A model generated the notes under the pieces. The model worked only from the letters and a program-made list of their open reading frames with translations. It was not told the DNA's origin and ran no database searches. Of a stretch of 64,000 nt of DNA, positions 58,397-64,000 are shown piece after piece. The position numbers were made by a program, and so were the translations under genes. The DNA comes from Saprolegnia diclina VS20 (taxonomy: Eukaryota): NCBI RefSeq assembly GCF_000281045.1, contig NW_008246131.1, positions 142,149-206,148 of the forward strand, in the 5' to 3' direction. Position 1 is the first letter of the stretch, and each line of letters starts with the position of its first letter.

Positions 58397-61300
58397 ATGG
58401 AGTCGACGCCGCTGGTCGGGGACGTCGCCAAGCCGCCGGCGCCGCGGCCGAAGCTCTCCAAGTACTCGTCCGTGCCCAACATGGCCAAGCCGAGCCTCGT
58501 TACCCGCGCGGCCACGTCCGACATTCCCGAGTTCAAGCGCTTCCTCTCGGCGCCCATTAGCGAGGACAGCGAGTACGGGCCGCCGTCGTCCATCGACGAC
58601 TCGATGCTGCACGAGCACACGATGAAGAGCCTCCCGCGCAACGAGTCGAGCCAAGGCGGTGTGAACGGCGCCAGCACCACGTACGACGCGGCGGCGCCCG
58701 AGATGCGGTCGCTGCCGCCATCATACCGCAGCCAGTCGCCCGAGTGGGACTACGTCATTGTGTTTCCCAACCCCGAGCTGCGCATGCCCCTCAACGGCGA
58801 GACGCCACCGAGTCCCGCGAGCGGGAGCGCGCGCGCCGGCGTCATGAGCATGAGCGACGTGCTCACCAAGCTGCGCCAGGCCGGCCTCGACACGCAGCTC
58901 TCCAAGTCGACGCCGCCGCCCGCTTCGACAGCCGCAACGACCAAGTACGTGCCGCCCTACGTGTACTGCAAGATCCGCGCGACGCTCGACCGCCTCAAGG
59001 CCGAGGCGGCTCGCGTGCACATGGCGCTGCCGCTCGTCGAGAACCAGCTCGAGCGCATGGCCAAGCAGGGCGAAGTGCGCTTCCACATCGAGAGCCCGGA
59101 AGACCGCATCGCCGAGATGCAGCGCGAGGGCTTCGAGCCGCTGCCTGCCGAGAGCAAGCGGTCGAGTTCGCGCCGGACGTTCAAGAAGGTGCGGTACGAG
59201 CCCGGGCAGGACGTCGACGTGTTCGACCTCTTTGACGCAGGCGAGCTCGAGGACTTGGCGGCCGAAGAGACGGGCGAAGCGCGCAACCCGTCGCACAACA
59301 ATGGCAACTCGTGGGTCGACCGCATGACGCTGCTTCTGCGCAAGTTCAAGTACAAGCCGTATCAGTTCATTCATATGCACTACCACCCGCAGGACAACAT
59401 CCAGTGTCTCTACGGCTCACCGCTCTTCCCGACCACGAAGCGCATCCGGCTCCTCGAAAGCATCATGACGAGCCCGCTCGGCGCCGGCTTGGACCTCGAG
59501 CTGCTGCTCAAGACCAAGTCGATCGCCGCCGCGTACCCGCTCCATGAAGACGACGCGCGCCGTGAGATCCGCGACATGTGGAACTCGTCGCTCTGGCTCA
59601 CGCACCAGCCGATTGAGATGACGCGCGAGTACTTTGGATGCCAAGTCGCTCTCTTCCTCGCGTACGTGGCGCACATGACCCGCTGGCTCCTTCTGCCGTC
59701 CGTCTTTGGGCTCTGCTTCCTCTTCATGGGCAAGACGCCGCTGGTCCCGCTCTTTGGCCTCTTCATGGTGTGCTGGTCGACGCTCTTTCTCAAAATGTGG
59801 AAGCGCAAGCTTGCCGTGCTCGGCATGAAGTGGGGCATGGCCGACTACCACGCGCCCGAGCACGACAAGCCGTCGTTCGACGACGAGCGCAACTGGCACG
59901 TTCCAAAGGGGTCGACGTCGTCGCTCATCTTCCGCCGCGTGTTCTCCATGTGCGTGCTCTTGGTGCTCGTTGCGTGCGTCATGGCAAGCGTCGGCGGGCT
60001 CTTCTACCTCCGGTACCAGGCCGAGCTAGCGCCGGCCACCGCCGCGTGGCACGTCTCGGGCAACTACACGCTTGAGATTGCGTTCCGCGGCGAGCTCCAC
60101 CTCGTCGCGCTCCTCAACGTCGTCTCGATCTACCTCTGGACATATGTCTTCAACAAGCTGCACATGACGCTCAACGACTACGAGGTCTACCACGCCGAGG
60201 CGACCGCGCAGCAAGCGTACATTCTCAAGGCCATGTTCTTCCACTTTGTCAACCACTTTGCCGGGCCGGTGTACGTCGCCTTTGTCAAGACGCACGTCGA
60301 AGGCGTCCGCATGCAGTACGCGGGACCGGACATTGAGGCTGTCGCGGAGCTCAAGACGTACATGCTGTACCTCTACGGCGCGCAGCTCGTGGTCCACAAC
60401 GTTTGGATCGTGCTCCTTCCGTACGGCCGGCACCTCTTTTGCAAGACAAAGAAGCGCTGGCAAGCCCGCCGCCATTTGAACTCGCTCTTCAACGGCTCGA
60501 GTGTCAACGACGACCTTGAGGCACTCCCGATTTCCGGCTCGGTGAGCCTCCCGACCAAGCGGCTGCCGGTCGAAGTCCAGTTCCAGCTGCGCGATTATGG
60601 CTGGAAGGGTCTCTTCAACGACTACTTTCACATGGTTGTGCAATTTGGCTATGCAACGCTCTTTGTCGTCTCGTGCCCGTACCTCCCGCTCATGGCGTGC
60701 GTCCACAACATCGTCGCGATCCGCGCGCACGGCGTGCACCTCACGACGCTCTTCCGGCGGCCGAGCCCGCGCTCGGCGCAGCAGATTCGGCTTTGGACCT
60801 TCTTCCTCGAGCTGCTGTGTACGCTTGCGATTGGTACGAATGCTTGGGCGATCGTCGCCAAGGCCAAGCTCGCGCAAGCGGCGCTCGACACGTTCCACCA
60901 GCCGGAAATGTACTTTGTGCAAGCGCGCTGGATCTGCATCGGGCTCCTCTTCCTCGGTCTCTACGCGCTCTCGTCCATCTTTGGCTTTTGCATCAACGAC
61001 ATTCCGTCGCGCGTGCGCGTCCAGCTCGAGCGCCAAGAGTACTACGTCTCCAAGGTCCTTCATTTGGGGTACCGCTGGGACAAGGCGATGCACGCCATCA
61101 TCTTCAGTGGCAGTCAAGAAGATCTCGAAGAGCAGGACGGGTACGGCTGGGACTATGCGATCGTGTTCCCCAACCCCGAGGTGCGCCGCCCGCCCAAGCT
61201 CCACCCGCTCACGGGCAAGATCGAGTCGACGCTCTCGATGCGCGACATGCTGCTCAAGCTTCATAAAGCCGGGCTCCAAGTGCAGTTCTTCGACTCGGCC

Positions 61301-64000
61301 GCGATCGTGAGCTCGTACATCCCGTCCATGGTGCTCTGCAAGGTCCGCGCGAGCCGGCAGCGCCTCGAGATCGAAGCCGACCGCATCAAGATGCCGATGC
61401 TGCTCAATGCGCACGAGATGGAAGCGCAGGCCCGCGCCGGCGTCGTGCGCACAGTCTGGGGCCGCCTCGCCAAGCACATTTCGGGTTTGGAGGCCGAGAT
61501 CGACACGATCCACGTCGGGAAGCTCCTCGCCGAGATGCTCTCGCTCAAGAAACTCGCGACGCGCAAGCATGCGGACGTGGCGCGGCCGATCGAGTCGTGG
61601 TCGCAGCTGCTGCTCGAGCTCAACATCGTCGTGGGTGCGATGGCTAATATGGACAAGGCGATCAAGGTCGGGTTCCAGCACTTCAAGATTGAAAACACGC
61701 AGTTCACCAAGCGCCAGGCCGCGACCGAGACGCTCGAAGGACACAAGGAGGCGCTCGAGGCGCTCGTGCATCTCTCGATGGACCCGAACATGGAGGGGGT
61801 CCTCCAGGACGTGCCGTACGTGCTGCACAACATGTCGGTGACATTGACGCAAGCCGCACGGGAGCTCGGCATCCAGCTCACGCTCCTTCCGATCATCACC
61901 AAGCCCAAGTGGAACATGGACAAGGCCGAGCGCGCCGAGACCGAGGCCGTCGAGAAGGAGCTCCGTACGACCATGACGCACCTCACCACCGTCTACGGCG
62001 AGCTGCAGCCGCTTTTGGCCGAGATGGAGCACCTGTTGCAGCTGAGCTTGCCGCTGCCTGAGCTCTCGAGTCTCAGCGACCACCTCCGGTACGGCAAGGA
62101 GCTGCCGTACACCAACCCGAGCGTGTGGCTCAACTCCGAGCTCGCCATCTTCCTCGCGACGATCCAAGACATTGCTGCCGACGCCAACGAGCTCCGCGCC
62201 GAGATGACGCCGCTCGCGACGACGCCGGACGCGCTGCTGCCAATGCCGACGCTCATCACTGGGCTTTTGGAGGCGACGATTGCGAATCCGCTCATCGACA
62301 TCCAGCCCTTCCACGTCGAGAACCCCAACCCGGCGTTCCGGAGCCTCGCCAAGCGCTTCCGGTACGCGCCGTACGAGTACATGCACATGTCGTACCAGGC
62401 AAAGGACGAGCTGCAGCACTGGTACATGCAGTACCCGGCAATAACCTCTGCGAGCGCGCCGCCGCAGCTCTTTAGCAGCACGCAGCGCATCACGCTGCTC
62501 GAGAGCATCATCACCGACTCGGAAACCGGCGCGGGGCTCAACTTGGAGCGGCTTGTGCTCTCGGGGGCGATCAAGGGCCACTTTCCGCTGCACGACGAGC
62601 ACGCCAAGCGCGAGCTGTGGGCGCGCTGGAAGTGGTCGCTACTGCAGCCGATCGGCGACATTCGGTCGTACTTTGGCGTCAAGATCGCACTCTATTTTGC
62701 GTACCTCGGGCACTACACGACGTGGCTGACGCTGTCGTCCGTCGCGGGCTTGAGCGTCGTCGTCGTGCAGGCCGTGCACAGCCACTACAACATCTCCAAG
62801 TCGGAGCTCGATTGGGTCAAGATCTACTCGGTGCCTGTCTACGGCACGTTCATCATCGTTTGGGCGACGCTCTTTCTCAAAAACTGGGTCCGGAAGCAGT
62901 CGGTGTTTGCGCTGCAGTGGGGCATGTCCGAGTACCACGAAGAAGAGCAACTGCGGCCGCAGTTTCAAGGCGACTTGATGCGCGATCCGGTCACGGGCGC
63001 GCGCATGCGCTACTTCAACGACGGCCAGCGCCGCCTCCGGCTCCTCTACTCGTGGTTCATCCTCGCGATCCTCATTTGCGTCGTCCTTGTGTGCGTCGCC
63101 ATCATCTTTTGGCTGCGCATGCATTTGCACAACAACCCGTTCTTCCAGTTTGGCTCTGTCAACATTGGCACCGAGGTCGCGGCGATGGCCAACGTCGTCC
63201 AGATCTTCATGCTCTCGCAGCTCTACAACAACGTGAGTGGGAGTCTGAACGAGTACGAGAACCACCGAACCGACACGGCGTACGAAAATCACTTTATCGG
63301 CAAGGCCATCGTCTTCCAGTTTGTCAACAACTTTGCGCTCCTCTTCTACGTGGCGTTTCTCAAGGAGAACTTCGAGGGCTGTCAAGAAAACGACTGCATG
63401 GGTGAGCTCAAGATCTCGCTGGTGTACGTCTACGGCTCGCAGCTCGTCATGGGCAACTGCCAAGAGCTCCTCGTCCCGCTCTTCTGGGCCCGTGTCGAGA
63501 AGGTCCAGCACGAGTGGGTCTCCAAGCAAGACACGGACGAGCCGGAAATCTCGGTCGTCGAGACGCAGTTCTTCATGCCGACGTACGGCTGGCGTGGCAC
63601 GTTCGACGACTACCTCGAGATGATCATCCAGTTTGGCTACTCGACCTTCTTCGTCATCGCGTGCCCGTTTGCACCCATCATGTCGTGCTTCAACAACTTT
63701 TTTGAGATTCGCATCGACGCGAGCAAGCTCAGCCGCTTTGCGCGCCGCCCGCGGCCCAGCGGCGCGTCGACGATTGGCCAGTGGGTGCACGTGCTCGAGG
63801 TGTTTGTGTCGATCGCGATCGTCACCAACGCGTGGGTCATCGTCTCGACGTCCGACCTCACCGACCTCGTGCTCCAGACGTTCCCGTCGCTTCAGAAAAG
63901 TCTCAGCACGCTCGGCGTCTTCTTTGGCGTCGCGGGCGGCCTCTTCTCGCTGCGGTATGCGATCAACAGCAGCATCGACGACATGCCACGTCATGTGCGC
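58397..64000 (+). CDS. Tandem (two-protomer) anoctamin/TMEM16 protein B, >1868 aa, 3'-truncated by the window
   Basis: Frame read manually from ATG 58397 (no stop seen; the ORF track has no terminated ORF in this frame). WDYVIVFPNP (58745)..TREYFGCQVALF..RRPSP, then WDYAIVFPNP (61148)..IRSYFGVKIALYF..YENHRTDTAYEN..FDDYLEMIIQFGY..NNFFEIRIDA..RRPRP. Confidence 0.9.
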   Translation, partial: MESTPLVGDVAKPPAPRPKLSKYSSVPNMAKPSLVTRAATSDIPEFKRFLSAPISEDSEYGPPSSIDDSMLHEHTMKSLPRNESSQGGVNGASTTYDAAAPEMRSLPPSYRSQSPEWDYVIVFPNPELRMPLNGETPPSPASGSARAGVMSMSDVLTKLRQAGLDTQLSKSTPPPASTAATTKYVPPYVYCKIRATLDRLKAEAARVHMALPLVENQLERMAKQGEVRFHIESPEDRIAEMQREGFEPLPAESKRSSSRRTFKKVRYEPGQDVDVFDLFDAGELEDLAAEETGEARNPSHNNGNSWVDRMTLLLRKFKYKPYQFIHMHYHPQDNIQCLYGSPLFPTTKRIRLLESIMTSPLGAGLDLELLLKTKSIAAAYPLHEDDARREIRDMWNSSLWLTHQPIEMTREYFGCQVALFLAYVAHMTRWLLLPSVFGLCFLFMGKTPLVPLFGLFMVCWSTLFLKMWKRKLAVLGMKWGMADYHAPEHDKPSFDDERNWHVPKGSTSSLIFRRVFSMCVLLVLVACVMASVGGLFYLRYQAELAPATAAWHVSGNYTLEIAFRGELHLVALLNVVSIYLWTYVFNKLHMTLNDYEVYHAEATAQQAYILKAMFFHFVNHFAGPVYVAFVKTHVEGVRMQYAGPDIEAVAELKTYMLYLYGAQLVVHNVWIVLLPYGRHLFCKTKKRWQARRHLNSLFNGSSVNDDLEALPISGSVSLPTKRLPVEVQFQLRDYGWKGLFNDYFHMVVQFGYATLFVVSCPYLPLMACVHNIVAIRAHGVHLTTLFRRPSPRSAQQIRLWTFFLELLCTLAIGTNAWAIVAKAKLAQAALDTFHQPEMYFVQARWICIGLLFLGLYALSSIFGFCINDIPSRVRVQLERQEYYVSKVLHLGYRWDKAMHAIIFSGSQEDLEEQDGYGWDYAIVFPNPEVRRPPKLHPLTGKIESTLSMRDMLLKLHKAGLQVQFFDSAAIVSSYIPSMVLCKVRASRQRLEIEADRIKMPMLLNAHEMEAQARAGVVRTVWGRLAKHISGLEAEIDTIHVGKLLAEMLSLKKLATRKHADVARPIESWSQLLLELNIVVGAMANMDKAIKVGFQHFKIENTQFTKRQAATETLEGHKEALEALVHLSMDPNMEGVLQDVPYVLHNMSVTLTQAARELGIQLTLLPIITKPKWNMDKAERAETEAVEKELRTTMTHLTTVYGELQPLLAEMEHLLQLSLPLPELSSLSDHLRYGKELPYTNPSVWLNSELAIFLATIQDIAADANELRAEMTPLATTPDALLPMPTLITGLLEATIANPLIDIQPFHVENPNPAFRSLAKRFRYAPYEYMHMSYQAKDELQHWYMQYPAITSASAPPQLFSSTQRITLLESIITDSETGAGLNLERLVLSGAIKGHFPLHDEHAKRELWARWKWSLLQPIGDIRSYFGVKIALYFAYLGHYTTWLTLSSVAGLSVVVVQAVHSHYNISKSELDWVKIYSVPVYGTFIIVWATLFLKNWVRKQSVFALQWGMSEYHEEEQLRPQFQGDLMRDPVTGARMRYFNDGQRRLRLLYSWFILAILICVVLVCVAIIFWLRMHLHNNPFFQFGSVNIGTEVAAMANVVQIFMLSQLYNNVSGSLNEYENHRTDTAYENHFIGKAIVFQFVNNFALLFYVAFLKENFEGCQENDCMGELKISLVYVYGSQLVMGNCQELLVPLFWARVEKVQHEWVSKQDTDEPEISVVETQFFMPTYGWRGTFDDYLEMIIQFGYSTFFVIACPFAPIMSCFNNFFEIRIDASKLSRFARRPRPSGASTIGQWVHVLEVFVSIAIVTNAWVIVSTSDLTDLVLQTFPSLQKSLSTLGVFFGVAGGLFSLRYAINSSIDDMPRHVR

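Noticed and set aside
60026..63994. 858-aa and 451-aa minus-strand ORFs
   Set aside because: Antisense shadows of tandem anoctamin B, whose true frame is absent from the track only because it has no stop in the window.
30947..64000. Segmental duplication of a CC1-box gene plus anoctamin block
   Set aside because: Relative order and orientation differ between the two places and the intervening genes are unrelated.

Overview
Gene-dense, GC-rich eukaryotic DNA with very short (about 42-55 nt) introns and oomycete-type Inr/FPR core promoters. It is most likely a saprolegnialean oomycete such as Saprolegnia or Achlya (inference from intron size, codon usage and gene families). About 26 protein-coding genes are supported: two CAMK-group kinases, a RING-H2 ligase, ARMC6, UBC2/RAD6, a HAD-YvcK fusion, an EF-hand protein, a four-member bZIP-like array, a head-to-head PP2C pair, two coiled-coil CC1-box proteins, FAM227-like, PDZ, twin-CX9C, PP2A B'', U-box and several hypotheticals. 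The main feature is a cluster of four intronless anoctamin/TMEM16 genes. Two are conventional. Two encode two TMEM16 protomers in one chain, sharing a ~280-aa helical insert and showing asymmetric or complete loss of the Ca2+-binding residues. One of these (58397 to >64000) is missing from the ORF track because it runs off the window. No rRNA, tRNA, CRISPR or clear transposon was recognised. All family assignments come from motif recognition by eye, not from database searches.
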